Positions 63,158 through 64,000 of a stretch of DNA of 64,000 nt are shown piece by piece; positions within the stretch are counted from its first letter, which is position 1, and every line of letters begins with the position of its first letter. The notes below the pieces were generated by a model that made no database searches, had not been told where the DNA came from, and was given only the letters and a program-made list of their open reading frames with translations. This DNA comes from Rhina ancylostomus. Taxonomy: Eukaryota. The stretch lies in NCBI GenBank assembly GCA_030265395.1, contig JARFYF010000017.1:40674661-40738660 (forward strand), given 5' to 3'. Position numbers and translations under genes: made by a program.

Positions 63158-63559
63158 TGGCTTAACAGCGGCTACATTGGCATCTCTGAGTGTTGGTGTT
63201 CAGACCCCTGCACAATACAAAGTGTGATCATATTTGTGCTTCTATTCTTTCCTCCCAGTTTGGAATCTTTGGAGCAAAGGATCTGGTTAGAATGGGATAT
63301 CTCAGTGTGTTGCTGGCCCCATAACCTGCATTAACTACTACATGACCAAGCTATTTGTACAGCAACTCCCATTCCTTTCCTGGGCAAATAAGGGGTACAT
63401 CGATTCACAGAGCAGAAGAATGATGACTATCCAACATGGGGTTGATGTTCTATGGCATTTATTGCTGTACATGCGATCAATAGGCCAATTGATCTCAAAT
63501 CAGAACAGTCAGAATCATTTGGTATCAGAAGTCAGTGATGAACGAAAATCATTAATCCC

Positions 63560-64000
63560 TTTATTTTGGTACCATGTAAAGGAAAATCAAAGGTGGAAAA
63601 CATGCAACGAGAAGGTAACCAGTTTCAGTGATTTGGGAAGGAACCTTATAGAAGTGAATTAGAAACTGGATCATAATGTTTTAGATTCATAATGGAGTAG
63701 CAAGGAGAAATCTAAAGTTTTTAACTGGAACAGAACTACCTTCATTGGGATGAGAAGGGAGCTGACCAGCAGAAGGAAGCATCAAGTATTGGAAGGTTAA
63801 AATGTCACAGAACGTTTTAAGAGGAGATGTTTTTGGTACAGGTTGTTGCATTCTTACAAGGGAGAAGGTCAGGAGAAAGAATAATGGGCTAAATGATGTG
63901 CAGGATCGGGAGACTTGGGTGTACGTGCATATATCTTTGAAAGTGACAGGATGTTTGAGAAAATGGTTACAAAAGCAGCCTGGATCCTGCGATTCAAAAC
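63560..64000 (+). mobile_element. Old CR1 ORF2 fragments
   Basis: GATCATAATGTTTTAGATT (SDH-like endonuclease end), TTTTAACTGGAA..GGGATGAGAAGGGAGCTG and GGGAGACTTGGGTGTAC motifs. Confidence 0.6.

Noticed and set aside
1-64000. CRISPR arrays, operons or prokaryotic defence systems, and the remaining short ORFs in the track
   Set aside because: The sequence is intron- and retroelement-rich vertebrate DNA with no repeat-spacer array. The 60-160 aa ORFs map to repeats, microsatellites, N gaps or random frames.

Overview
Vertebrate genomic DNA from a gapped draft assembly; the repeat families point to a cartilaginous fish (inference). Most of the window is intron-like sequence packed with decayed retroelements (CR1, L2, Rex1 and Gypsy fragments, V-SINEs, Deu-domain SINEs) and a Tigger-type MITE. 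Only two protein-coding exons were recognised, both on the minus strand. One is the first coding exon of an SNRK-like AMPK-family kinase (CDS 47075-46487, inside a CpG island with a CRE palindrome upstream). The other is a single 113-nt exon of a SorCS1/3-type VPS10P receptor (2989-2877). I found no other exon of either gene by eye, and the two exons are phase-compatible. The most striking non-coding signal is a dispersed family of short Penelope-type elements, each carrying a minimal type I hammerhead ribozyme motif with stem covariation. Several copies form fold-backs or nested insertions centred on that motif. Repeat boundaries are approximate and family names come from recall, not database searches.
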